Source of the DNA: Lingula anatina
Lineage: Eukaryota > Animalia > Brachiopoda
DNA length: 64,000 nt
Direction of reading: 5' to 3'
NCBI GenBank assembly: GCA_051362555.1
Contig: CM120643.1
Location: forward strand, 24,990,848-25,054,847
A model generated the notes under the pieces. The model saw nothing but the letters and a program-made list of their open reading frames with translations, did no database searches and was not told where the DNA came from. Position numbers and translations under genes: made by a program. Every line of letters begins with the position of its first letter. Within the stretch, counting starts at the first letter, position 1. Shown in pieces: positions 27,051 through 40,477 of the stretch.

Positions 27051-29052
27051 CTGTAATTAAAGAAAACAAATTCTGTAAATCCACCCTTTTCTTTCTGTTA
27101 ACATGTCATAGAAATGTTTAAACTAATAATATGGCAAAACAAAACTCCAAATTTTAACGTACAGATATAAAGTTTGCGTTAAAAAAACATGCAATTCAAA
27201 AAAGTTTTCCATTGCCCCAACGCATCGCAGAGCAAAGTGATAAGAATTAAAGTCTAATAGAAATATGCTATCATGCAGTTGCCATTATCTTCGCGTTCCA
27301 ACAACCCCTTTGTGAATACTTCAAATTACCGTTTGATCACATCGAAAAGAATGCCGAGTGAAATTAAAAGGAAATATTACTTCTACGATACAGAGATAAA
27401 CATACACATTATTATCAGTGATTTTTATGAAAGCATTTTGAAACTGTTTGACGGACCACGTTGTTCATTGATGTCAAAGAAAGCGCTGAAAGATCATCGC
27501 TAACACAAAAGCTCCTCCGGTTTCATTTTTACCGCGCAGCAGGCGTGACTGCTGCTTCAATTCCTGTATCACGTTCGGACACTTAATTTTATTTTTCATC
27601 TGATTGTTCAGTTCGCTTTGACTTTGTCACCTCCAGTTATGAGCCGATAGTTGTAAGCGTCACGCGTTATTAGCCACGACCCTTTCTGCCATTTGTGTCT
27701 CTTTGACATAAGACTTAACCCCTGGAGTAATTAAAAAAAGTGCGCAGGTGAGATCTAACGAGATCGTCTGCGATTGTGCACTACTTTCAAGGGAAATGAA
27801 ACAATTAAAATAGACCGCCTTCTGGATGTTTGATAGAGGAAATTAAAAATCCCCGCTCAGTTAATCTTAATAAAGTAATTAGGCCCAGTTCGTGGATGTT
27901 CCATATTCCCGGCTTTGAAACGCGGGTGACGGAGTGTCATCGATTAAAAGCCGAGATAGAAAAGCAGTTAAAATATCGTTACAGGTAATTTCCGAGGAAC
28001 CTCATTGTAGTTGGAGTAATCGATATTGCTCTTTCAATTGAATCTCGCAATCAAAGAAACGACACCAGAAATCAGTAAAAGTGCTACGTGTCGTCTGCGC
28101 GAAACGTCATTCGGGTTCTCGGGCACACGCGTTTTCGAGACCGAGACCGGGCACATGGACAAGCAATGTAGTTCACCAGTCCGCTCAATCTGTAGTTTCT
28201 ACACAGTAAGTGGGGCTCGGTCATATGGATAATGAATAGTGACGCACCGAACAAAATGCTTTCACAGAAATTCCGCAACTCCGAGATGGAAGTCCCCGGA
28301 AAGGAAAAGTCATAACTTGTGAATCGCGAGGTAGAAAATTACACTTTCTGTTAGAACAAGGTGTGTTGACTGGAAACAAACATATCACGTTATAAGCACA
28401 CACTGCCTCAGGAGTTATCTTTCCTGACATGCGAAATACAACGCTAGCCATGGCGAATACTTAACGACTGAAAATATAACCTTCAATCAAAGAGCGACAC
28501 TAACTGCAATTGTTCGAAATATATCTTTGAATAAGCTACGTCCCATCAAACTATAAGGTTTTGTACTGACGTCCAATACGCGTTATTTACAAGACCGTGG
28601 TACATAAATATGATGTAACTTAATATAAAATAACAATGTTAAAAGGAATTTCGTAGAATACGAGGAATGGTCACCACGCCTACCTCAGGCCGGTGAAAGT
28701 TAAAACAGGGACCAAGCTAGGATTTATTTTGTATCCTAGGGCGGGCCAAGCTCACGACCGAAGCGACGACGGTGGAAAATCAAGGACGAAACTATTAAAA
28801 ACCTGTTCTGTTGTTCAACAGCTCCACTACTAAGAATGTTAGCAGCAAGTGCATTATTCTGAACCAGTGTAGTCTCGTCCGGGATCCCCGCTGGCTACCT
28901 GTATAAACTTCAATAAATACTCTTGGTTCTTAGCTGTGTCGTAAATTAATCCATTCTTTTTTTTTCAGTCGAAATGAAATGGTGAACAACTAGAAGAAAG
29001 CGGACAGAAAAGGGAGCACGATGAAGAAGATAGCGCAGAGGATGAATAAATG

Positions 29053-29094
<42 letters not shown>

Positions 29095-31049
29095 TAAATA
29101 AAACAAAATTTCGATCACGGTGTTGTCAGTCGACCGCGTATTGAGCCGGGGTGGTAGTCCGGATATTGCAGTGCTTGTTGCTATTGTACAGACAGCAAAC
29201 GCGGTCACAATATCACCAACCTCGCGGTGAGGGCGATGTTATTAACTTGTTTATTTCTCGGAAAAGATTTTGATTACAGTTTCATTTTCTGTCGCGAGCA
29301 GGTTGAGGGCCATATTGCCATTATCGAAGGATAACATTCCGCTTCCTATTTCTTGTATGATTGTGAAAAGGCATATTCGTCAAACTGATTCGTTTAAACG
29401 GAAAGTTTAAGCGATCAGGTTGATGATGAGATTGCTTCGGACTTTTTTTTGCAATCTTAGCTCATTTACGATTTCAAATAAAGTCATGTCCACTTTCCAA
29501 ACAAATGTTGAGTGAAAATTGATGAAGACTGATCACTCTGAAGGATTGCTGGCAAGGTAAGGCGGACTTAATCTCGCCGATTTAAAGAAGCGGTTTTGAA
29601 CACAATTCACATTGAGATTAATACCATTTATCAAAACAGCAGCCACCAATTCAATAATGAATTAACAACAAATATTCATATCTTTGAAATGAAAAATATA
29701 AGTGAAGATTCGGCTCTCTTAATGCCTTTCGCACGATTGTTGATTTAAATTTAATCTATAAAATAGAAAAAAAAACATTAAACTGTAATTACCTCTGTAA
29801 AAACAAGTGTTGGGTTAATAAATACCGTAATTAATTTTATCTTTCCTAAGCCAGTTGACATTTGTAGTTCTGTCGTCTCTGACAATTTGGTCTTCATCTT
29901 AACTTTATGTTGTATATCATAAGTGAGCGGCAGTTGTTTCGAGGGCGTGAGATATTTGAACACTTGTGCCGCGTTCATCTTGGTCTTTTCATTAAGGTTC
30001 ATGGTCTTATGTCATCATTAACTTTCTACTCCATTCGCAGTTTCATGTCATTCCGTGAAATGTCAGTGCCACGGTCGTTGAGGACAAATGAAAAAAAATA
30101 ACGATTGACACTTTTCAGAGTCATCTTTATCACCAATCATTGCGGCTGTCAACCGCAAACAGGTATTTTATAATCATTGATTTCTGGCATTTTAATTTGA
30201 TTTGTGTGACACATGTCAAATGCCAAACATTAATGGACTTTCAATGTCATTTTATTTATGCCAAAAAAAAAATAAATATTACTTTTTTAAAATTTTAAAC
30301 GTGTCGCCACATCTACTGTTATTTTTTTTTCTCCAACTAAATAATAGTTGTTAATGACGTATCCAGTTAAGAGTTTTAAATCTCTCCTTTTTTCTTCGTG
30401 GCGTGACGGATGACTCGAGTGATTGAAGGACAATAAAATATAATGAAGAAATCTCTATTTTACTTAAACCAAATGTCTCGATTTTTGCCATTAAACATTT
30501 CCTTATTTCATTCATTAGCCTTATTATGTTAAATTGTTAAATGACATCAGATCGCTAAAAAAGTATTTTCATTTACTTTAAAAATTTAACATAAAATTAA
30601 GACATTGTTAATTTGTTTTTTCTCCTTATTTTCGGCAATTGCATGTACTCCTTAAGTAATTTTAAGCAAACTTGTCCATTATTTAATGTTCCATTTGATG
30701 GTTTTTGACTGAATAATAAAAACGCATTTTAGCTTTAAGGCACGACTCGATAAGAACATACACACTACGCGACAAGTGTTCAGAAAAGAGGTGTTTAAAG
30801 TCCATCATTTAAAAAAATCACCATTGAATGACCACTGCACGGTATATCTTATAACATGGCCGTCCACTTTTTTTCCTAAATCATTACGACAGTTGGTCGA
30901 GTTGACAGTTTGACGGCGAACATACCTTTCCTTGGCCCAAGGCCATCCTGTCAAGCTGCACGTCTATGTTAACACACGAAGACTATCATTAGTCTATTAG
31001 TAAGTCATCAAAGTCTACAGAAATAGAGTTAACTCTAGTTCAGACTTAC

Positions 31050-31311
31050 CGGATAATCTTGTCGCGGGTGATGAACTGTCTGGGGCGACACAGTTCCTGC
31101 TTGTTGTCTTCTCCTCCCTCTCTTCTTCTTCTTGTCTCCTCTCTCGGGGACTTGACGGGTCTCGCGCTGGTGACGACGCAGCGTCGGTGTCCGTCAATTT
31201 CGCTGCCGCGGCCGCTGCCTCTCGGGCGTCAATCTCCGCGGCCAGGGCCTCTGCTGGGACCTGAATGTAAAGTCCGTCAAGTGTTTTCTTAACGAGAAAA
31301 GATTTTGGCAT
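31050..31311 (-). CDS. snail: Snail-family transcription factor, exon 1 (SNAG domain)
   Basis: aaaATG starts MPKSFLVKK (SNAG); 87 codons + 1 nt then donor gtaagt at 31049; joins exon 2 in frame to give 445 aa. Confidence 0.93.
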
Positions 31312-31659
31312 TTTGGGGAAGCCACCTTCCCACGGTGAGTTATTCTCCACTGCTCTGGTGACAGTTGAAGTGTGTGGCACTTCGCACCTTTCTGCGGTCC
31401 TCTCACTGAATGAAGTTATTAAAGTTGAATTAATCCAGTCTCGATGTTGTGGTACGGTGACAGGTGTGGGTGCATTATCAGCCCCTCCTAAGTGTCCACT
31501 GCTGAGTCGAGGTGCGAAAAGCATGGACATTGACTGGCGATTCTGGCTTGGAGAAAAAAAGATTTCTTGTTTCCGTCTCTGGTATTCTATTTCTCACTTG
31601 CTCCTCTTGTCACGGTCAGAGAACTCTGAAGTTTCTGTTGCCTTCACGTGGAGATGAAT

Positions 31660-31840
31660 TCATTATGTACTGCACTACGAGCACATCATATGTAAATAGC
31701 CCACCTGGCCGACCAATCAGTGCGTGCGTAACTCAGGTAACAACCTTGCGTCAACCAATCAGCGCCTTGGTGACTCGCCCTCCATCAGCACGCCCCAGGT
31801 AATTCAACACCCGATATTTTCTTACTGGAACAGGTGCTCA
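31660..31840 (-). promoter_or_regulatory. Snail proximal promoter
   Basis: Two consensus NF-Y boxes (gaccaatcag 31711-31720, aaccaatcag ~31753-31762), TATA-like TATTTACA (minus strand, 31698-31691) and E-boxes at 31702 and 31831; TSS inferred near 31670. Confidence 0.6.
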
Positions 31841-32309
31841 TGCTTCTACACTAAACGCTGAGATTGAAAAGCGGTTTGTTATAGTCATTAGTCAGCCATT
31901 TGGAAAACGATAATACGATTGTTAAACTGCGGAGAGCAAGGGTCTATAAGAGCACGGCGAGAGGGAGCGCAGGAGACCCGAGTTTCAGCGCCCCCTCTGC
32001 CTCGATGGACCACGTTCTGACCGCTGAGAGTCGCTGAATCGGAGATAATTAGACCATTTGCACGGGAGAAAAACGCGTTATTGAACTCTTCATTAAAATG
32101 ACCATCTTTCCACTAAACTACGTCAATTTTCGTTTGTACAGGGGCCTCTCTAAATAAGACAGGTTCATACTGGGAGCACAGTCCGATCGATATCACGTCA
32201 AAGGAGTGTTGACCAAGACGCTATTACCGACAACCAGTTCCTTATTTTAAATAACCATTTGTAGCAGTCATCTGAAAGTCAAACTATGCTGCTGACTTGG
32301 TGAGCACAA

Positions 32310-32461
32310 AGTGTACTATAACAGTACACACCGTAAGGTCCAGGAATATCCAATCGTCAATCTGACGCAGTCCGGTCAACAGAAAGATCAACTGAACCAA
32401 TTGACTTGTTTTCTGATTTGTAGGTGCTCACGCCTTGTCATATGTACTGTTATAGTACACT
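32310..32461. repeat. Inverted repeat / MITE-like remnant upstream of snail
   Basis: Perfect 19-bp inverted arms agtgtactataacagtaca (32310-32328) / tgtactgttatagtacact (32443-32461). Confidence 0.7.
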
Positions 32462-34416
32462 GTACTTGAATGCATAATCCTGTTACAAGATACTTGTTTA
32501 ATATCCTATAAGGTGTCTACCTGGTATCGGGGCGAAAGGGGGGAAGAAAAATAGAGATAACTCTAGATTTCAGGAAATGCCTGAATTTCCGAGTAGAGGC
32601 TCTCGGGTCTGGTCTATTGATAACAATTAATTTAGGTAGGATATAGAGGTGGGGTGTTTTGACTGGCTGCCACTCGCTGTTTTGGCATTTATCTCATTTT
32701 TGATGGTTAGAACTAAACTTCGCTAAAAGATATATATCAAATTTCTGAATGTAAGGACTTGGGTTCAAATACATAACAGGTTGGTTACTGTAAATGACGA
32801 CAAAATTTCGTTTTGCAAATTTGTTCTAATAGATAAAGTGGAAGACCTTTGCCATACCAGATTATAGAATTTGTTCTCTCGCTGTGATGAGGTGGAAGAG
32901 AGGTTTTCATAATTATTCAGAAAGTTCCTGACCTTTTGACGGCTTTGCACTGACTGTGCGTGGCACCCACAGCAGAATTAAAACTCCACCGCTTTATATA
33001 AAATTTTAAGCACAGACAGTGAACGCGCGTCATTTAGCTACGGTATTAATATGTAGTGGATCGAAAAGCCGTGAGCATTTGTCCCCAATGCATATAGAAT
33101 AAATCCACCATAAATAAACCAATTATTGGATTTCATATTGTAGTTCGTTGCAATACTTGCTCCAAGCCATGCGTTTTATGAAGCTGCAAAATGGTAATGA
33201 TTCTGTTTCACTTGTCGAAGAGCTTTTTACTCCATTAAATACAGGTAATTAAACGTTGGAACAATGCTTAGCTCAAGCGAGTTCCTGTTCGAACATGGTA
33301 GTCCAGGCGCCTAACTGAAATGAATACATTTTTTAATGTTTTTATCAGCTTACTCGTTGTTCTACCAAGAGGTGATCGCCATATTTATATAATGGAAGGA
33401 TTCACCCCTAAGGTCCTTCATATCCACTGCACACTTTAAACGAGAATTTTTTATACTCTAATTTATTTTAATGGTGCACGTCCAACTCTATTTTCCGGAT
33501 GCCCATTTTTAATGCAAATTTTAATGCTAACAGATTATATCCTAGTTAACAGCGATGACAAGTTAAATTGATTATCAAATTTATGTCCACCTTATATATC
33601 AAAATGAACAAATACAAACTGAAAGCGTGCAAAATGGTGTAAATTTCTCAATAAATCTTTTGGTAGCACGTGATTCCGAGTATCTCAATTTAAATCGATT
33701 TGCATTATGCTATCTTATGATATAGTGCGGTATAATAGATGGTGTAAACAACTTCATGTAACTGGAACTGTTGACTTGGCAAAAAGAGACAACCATCTAT
33801 CCAGCTTTGTATGCGGTCGGGTTGACATAACCATAAGCTTCGAGTTTGACACGCGTCACCATACTAATGATTTGTTGATTTATTTACACTCTATCTGGTA
33901 CATTTTTTTCATTCATGTTGCTCATGTATAGATAGTTTTTTCACCTTTTTGATTTAAACCTGTGTTCTGTTGTTTGTCAGTATCGACATATTTTTGAGAA
34001 GTGTAACTGCATATTTTTTTATAATGATTCTCCAGTTTATTAAGATTTATTGAGGGATACAGCAATGAGAAAAAAAAAACACCTATTGTTTGTCTCGACT
34101 TCTGCATTATCTCCCACCTTCCCATTCCTCCTTTCCCCCGTGGCGAACATGCTCCACCTTCCTGGCTGGTACATCAGGATCGGTCAGCAAGTGGAAGCCA
34201 ATATTTCATCCCCTGGTTATTCTCCAGCCAACTTGACCGTCTTCCTCTCGATTATCAGGCCACCGCCTCCATATCCACTTGTCACAATGGTTTGACCACG
34301 GGGTATAAGATGGTCATTATCATTATTTGTCATCATCTTGGACTGTGTGACTGATGCCCGCGGGTACGCCCTGTTCTTACACATCTCTCCATCTAACATC
34401 CCCCTGGGGAGCACGT

Positions 34417-34521
<105 letters not shown>

Positions 34522-34824
34522 ACATTTTGACGTTATTCTTAAAGAAGTATGATTCTCTGCAAGGATACGGGGATATGCGGTGACGTATTTTTATCACATT
34601 TACTGAATGCCCATCAAATCCCTCAGTTTGGTTGTAGTCTACATTAAATAAAATCCAATATTGTTGCCGTCATTTCCACGCTTCTTCGCCGTTCACTACT
34701 GCAAGTTTGAAAAAAAAGGAAAAATAGAAAAAAAAGCATTTCCAGGAAATGGGCGTTACAGTGCCCCCCCCCCTCCCCTCTGGACCCTTCTATGCCTTAC
34801 ACCGGGATGGACGGAGTAACCCTG

Positions 34825-35073
34825 GGCCCGGTTTCTCAAAACAACCTTGGACCGAAATTTGTCGCAACTTTTGGTCTCATCAATTCAGACTTTATCTACA
34901 CAAATACGTTGGCAAAATGAAGCTATTAGTTTCAATCAGTTGCAGTTTCTTTTTTGTCACAAAACATGAAGGGTATTTCATTTTATGGACTACCACAGAT
35001 TTACATTGGATCTCAGCAAACTAAAGTTTTCGGCCAATTTCGGTTTCAATTTTTTTTTCTGTGACACAAGACC
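34825..35073. mobile_element. Degenerate MITE with CTG target duplication
   Basis: ctg|ggcccggtttctcaaaa...accgaaatt and aatttcggt...ttctgtgacacaagacc|ctg; imperfect TIRs. Confidence 0.45.
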
Positions 35074-38000
35074 CTGGGAATAACCTCCGGGTAATGGCAG
35101 CCCCCTATAATGGGAAATCATGAGATGATGATGAGGACAAATTAAGGCTCGGCGCAGGTGATACACAGGTATGAGGAAGTGACGTAATAAAAACTTATTA
35201 CACTCCTATATATTCAACCCGAATTTTGACATTTCAGAACTGCTACGTAATCTTTGTGGTGGCACTTGTGGAAAAAGGAAGAAAATGTTCCGATGACAGA
35301 TCCAGAAAAAGACGGAGCCAAAGAGGATGAAAATTAAAAAAAAAATTGAAAATTCCCGTTCCTAATTCAATGATTTAGCCAGGTGTAGAGGGAGCAAAGG
35401 TGGATAAGAACGAAAATACCCCATCCTTAAAGCCATTCTAATGTTTATAGAGATTAAAATAAAGCCACTGTTATTTGGTGCGTGACATCCTTCAAATCAC
35501 GAAGAGAAAGGGAAGAAATTCTTTCTCTTTTGATCAAATCTCTGAGAAGTGAAAATTCACCGTTCTCTAACAAGTGCGCCACAATGACGTTGTTCTTACA
35601 CAGCCAACCTGAAAATTGTATCACACCTTACAACAAGAGAAAGAACACACGAAAACAACGCATTGTTATTCCATAAGTATTTTTTGTATATAATCATTTA
35701 CTCGGAAGCGTCATTTCTAAACAAGCGTTTGTCCCTGCTCTGTGCATCCCTGGCTAAGCGCAGAAAGCAGTCGACAAAGGGGACAATAACAAGAAAACAT
35801 ATTTTGCGCGTTCTTATCTGTTTACTACATAGTGGTGGGAGGAGATCACACATAATGGACAGAGTTTGCTTTTCATGAACGTGTCACCTGCCCAAAATGG
35901 CAGAATAATGGAAAAATAAACAAAGAAAAAAGCGTTTTGTCGCTCGATTGTACAAAATGCGTTTTGATCTCCGTACTCTTTGTGGCGACGGCGTTTTCGC
36001 TCGTGAGGTCGTGACCCCTGAAGAATACCGTGCACAAAGAGAAAAGAAATCACAATTGTCGCAAAATATACGCGGGTTATAAACTGTAAACAGAGCAACA
36101 AAAATAGTACCGATCTACAACAACAGTTGGTGAAAGGCCCGCTGTCAGTCCCTTTCAGCTCAGCGTGTAACTTTGTCAACGGACCACACCTGCTGCTGGG
36201 GCAGTGCACGTGGAAAATACAGCGTGAGCTGGGAAGCCGCCTTCAATCAGCGAACTTTTTATAACCGAAACCCAGTCGAGCAGCAAGGTCAGTTTTTCTC
36301 CCAGGAACGCGATTGTTTCCACTATCCTCATCTCAGTTCACGGACAATGAGGTGGAGAAGGTTGACCAGTGCGGGTAAATTCTTCCACCTGACCGAGGCA
36401 GGGCGATCTCCAACTGATCACGTTGTCACCATGATTTTGATGAAACTTTACACTGCCACATGTGTGAACTTTGACCTTTTGGAAACATTGTTTCGTTGTA
36501 TAGTAGCTAAAATGATCCACTGGTCGAAGAAAGAGGGAACTCTGTTTTGCTTGATAAGTATACAAAGAATTGTTACATATTTTAACTTGCCTGGATCGGT
36601 ATATGTTTCATTGGCTAAGAAAATCTGTACTAGAAAATTTGTTTTTAAAGGAAAAACAATGATATTTATTGAACATATTTAAGGTTGAAGAAAGGTGACC
36701 AAGTACAGTTATATCAAGGGCATCTTTACCATACAGAGATAAAAATGATGTGGACACCTGGGTTGATGGACACCTGACAAGTTTACGAATTTGAGGGTAT
36801 TAAATGTGGTTTTAGGTATTAATAAGTAAGTGAGACCAAGCCTTTATTTACGTAATAATAAAGAGATATTCACCTGTAGAAACTTAAATAATGCCATTCT
36901 TTACATTTAACACAGCAATATGTCTTTTTTAGTGTTTTGAATAAACTCACGAAGAGGTATCCCTTAGTTACGAAATGAAAAGTTGCTTTTCGTTGATTTT
37001 AAACTTACATGTTTAATTTCTTGTTTTGAACTACTTTTTAAAAAAGATTGACTGAATTTTATTGGAAAATTCCGACATTAAAAAAAAGGAAAGTTATGTT
37101 TAATTTAAAGTTATGACAATAAACTTAAGTTTCAGTGCTCTGAAAAGAGGGCATTAAGGGTACCGATTATTACCAGTTGATTTTTAATGTGAATCAGTGA
37201 ATTTTTAATGTGCCTTAAAATACCAGAAAAATTCACTTTAAAGTTAAAATGTATAAATTCAGTCACAAAGGCCTGTATGCATAAAACACACTTCCGTTTC
37301 TCTGCGTTTCAAATTCATAAACGAGATTGGCAGCTTTATTTTATTGATGACACCTGATGACGGGGCAATTGAACTTTGTATGACACTGTCTGTCATTGTC
37401 ATTGGCACCTCACATGTGTCATCTGTATGGTGTAAACTACGGTGTCCCACGGTCTAAAACAAACGCTGTGACACGACTGTTACGTGAGAAACAAGTGTCG
37501 CTGCGTAATGTGACCTTTAACTGATGTGACACCTTGTTTGACCATAGTTATCTTGACAAACGTATTGATTAAATGGACATCCCGGCATCGGCTGGCAGGT
37601 CACCCTGACCGAACATGTCAAGTGGACAGCGGTTATGACAGTATGGACGAAGGTCATTAAATGCATATACATGTAATTTATCAAGAGTCGACTTAACTGT
37701 GACATTGTGCATTTTAACTATGATTTTTGTATCAACGCTGCACGACTTTCATTTAAGCCAATAAGCTCGTAAGCTATTAAGTCAAAACAAGACAATATTC
37801 TTTAGCAGTGTTCGGTTGAATTATATTGAATTCCAGACAACAGGTTTTGAGACATTTAAGTCTACAGTTTGGTGTTTATTTTGTCCGCCTGATATATGTT
37901 TTAAGTCACACATTTCTTAGTTAGGATTAGTTGACATTGACTAAACAGCATGATTTTCAGGTTTGTATTACACTGACTGAAGATTTTTATACATGTATTT

Positions 38001-40252
38001 CTAGACACTGTGCTATATTATCATCGTATGGGGCAAGTTTAATAATATCTTTTTACGAATGATTTAAAACTTGATTTTTCAACTGCTTTTTGGAAGCCAA
38101 ATGAAGCGAAGAACGAGAGTTTGTTGAGTACATTCCTTCTGTGTGCATGCAGTCGCGAGAGTTCCTGCAAAGGTGCGCGCAGGCCTTAGCGTACACTGTG
38201 ATTATGTAACAAGGTGGGGAGTTCCCCAGAGCATCTTCATTTGTCACCTCCAGCCGGTGACCTTGTAAGCATTGCATAACAACATGTTGTGTGGACCTGT
38301 AAGCATATTGCACTCGCTTTCACTCGCTAAAATCGTGTTCAGACGAGTTTTACGCTAACGCTAGTCTACGACTAAAACGCGTCACTATAAACAATTAATT
38401 TGTCGGGTATTAAGGCGTCCGTGTTGCAGTTAGTGTCTGAGTGAGAAGGGCGGGTTTGAAGAGTTTTCCTCTTACGTCTCAGACATTCAAACCTGTGCTG
38501 AAATAATTTATTCATTCGGTGACCAAGCGGTTTAAGTTGGATCCCGTATGAGCGCGTCTTAGGCCGTGGAATCTAGCCCCCGTTATCGCGTCTTCATTTT
38601 TTCTCGTGCTAAGCAGAACTGCGATGGCTATCAGAGTTACTCCACCCTTCGCTACTCCAGGGTACATTTTTACAAAGCCCTGTTAATGGAGTGACCAGCG
38701 TCCGTGTGTCAGGTGCCGTAAAAGACGTGTTTTACTGTCACACTTGGTGGGGTACGTGCTCCGCTGAAATGCCTCTCCATTCAGAATGATCGTCCAAGTG
38801 ACAAGTGCTTCGGGTCACGAATATGGGTGCATAGAGAGCTTCCGCTGTGAAATAACTGTATAACTACTGATGTTGTCTCTGTTGACATGATTTTTTTCTA
38901 CTTTTTACATCTCGTTCGAAAGTGACTTAAAAAAAAAAACATTTGCTGAGGCGATTTACATTTATTTTCACGAGAACGAAATACATGTGCCCTGTGAGTC
39001 AGTCTAAGAACCATCTCGATCCCCATTCCCCTACACTTTGGACCAAAATATCTTCCAAACTCTTTTTCTAAAGCTCCCCTGCATTTCATTTTTGGTCTGT
39101 AAAATTTCCTTTGATTTTTTTTGTATTACGCAACAGACATACAGTAAATCTAACGAAAATTTGTCCAGAAAATTCCAACAATCATCCATACAAAATCATA
39201 TAACAGTACACACACAAAAATTGAACACAAAGCTTAACGGCATACAAAAATTAGAAGGCCCCATTTTGGTTGCCAGCAAAGGAGTAGGCCTATTCTGTAG
39301 AAAATAAGATGTGAGATTTGTTGATTATTAGCATGTTTACTAACACAATAACCTCAATTTTAAAAAAGAATATGTGTCCAAAAATAGGTAAAATTCTGTA
39401 TGTGGACAGAGTTGGCAAAACAGGGAGCGAAAACACATCCATCAATTTTTGTCAACATCCCCCCACGCCCGTCCGAGTCACCGAGAAGGCTTGGATGATC
39501 TCAGCATCCATTCATTGTCAGCGGTTTTGGCAAGCACTCCAAGAACCTGACAGTTTAGAAGGCATAGAATGCAAATGCCGTGTTTCATGTGGCTGATGGT
39601 GTCGGGGTCTCAGGTACCCAGGGTCGCCAGGTGGCGTGAGAACCGGTGATGGTTGGCATCGGACAACAGTTGTTACTCATGTGACAAAGTGAATTTCCAC
39701 CTTAGTCCTGGAGGACTGTCAAGTTTTAATCGGTTTGAGTGTTGAGGGGGCGAGGGCGACGTGACTTTTCCTATGCTATGACAACGTACACTAGCAGGGC
39801 AGTTTGAACATAGATTATAAAAGGACATTTTGATTTCATATCTTAGAAATAAAATGACTATTAACAAAATGGTACTATTTTAACCTGTTTTTTTTTTTCA
39901 TTTTTTTTCTCTTTTTTTTTTTTTTTGGGGGGGGGGGAGAGATGCTCGTGATGCAATCTGAAAGATAGAGTGAGAAATTAAAAGTTTTTTTTCAAATAGG
40001 CTACATATTTCTGAAAGCGTGTCATAGTGACATATTCATCTAAGGCGAGGTTGAGAAAGTGGTGACACATGCGCCGTCTCTAACTTTTCCCAGATTTCAT
40101 TCACTGATAAGGTTGACCCACTGCATGGATCCACACCCCTCCCCCAGCATCGGGTGATTTGTACTGTTTACTCTTCAGCCATGTACTACTTCGTCTCTTA
40201 CTGGTACCTGTATAGACTAATTTCTAAATCCCAAGGGTGTTCTTTTATTTAA

Positions 40253-40477
40253 GGATGCATTCCCAGAGATTTAGATTGTTCCTGAGCTTTAGGTTTAGAT
40301 CGACCTAACTCCCTGGGGGTTCACGCTAAATTGCAGTCAGCCGAGCGCGCACCAGAGTTAATTACCCCCTGTCAGCTTTTAGTAGGCGGGACAGACGCTT
40401 AAGCCGGCTAAGCTGACAGTAATCTAGTGAGACTCCCCACGGGGATAGATCGATCTAAAATCTATGGGAATGGGGTT
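40253..40477 (+). mobile_element. PIF/Harbinger (Tourist-like) MITE, copy 1
   Basis: Imperfect TIRs ggatgcattcccagagatttagat / atctaaaatctatgggaatggggtt; TAA on both flanks; second copy in reverse orientation at 56064-56264. Confidence 0.8.

Noticed and set aside
27051-27084. ORF-track start [11 protein letters not shown] for Snail
   Set aside because: Intronic pyrimidine tract with a GTG start; the real start is the SNAG ATG at 31311.
36173-36682. 169-aa ORF upstream of snail
   Set aside because: Non-ATG start, no recognisable domain or splice-supported continuation; consistent with a chance ORF.
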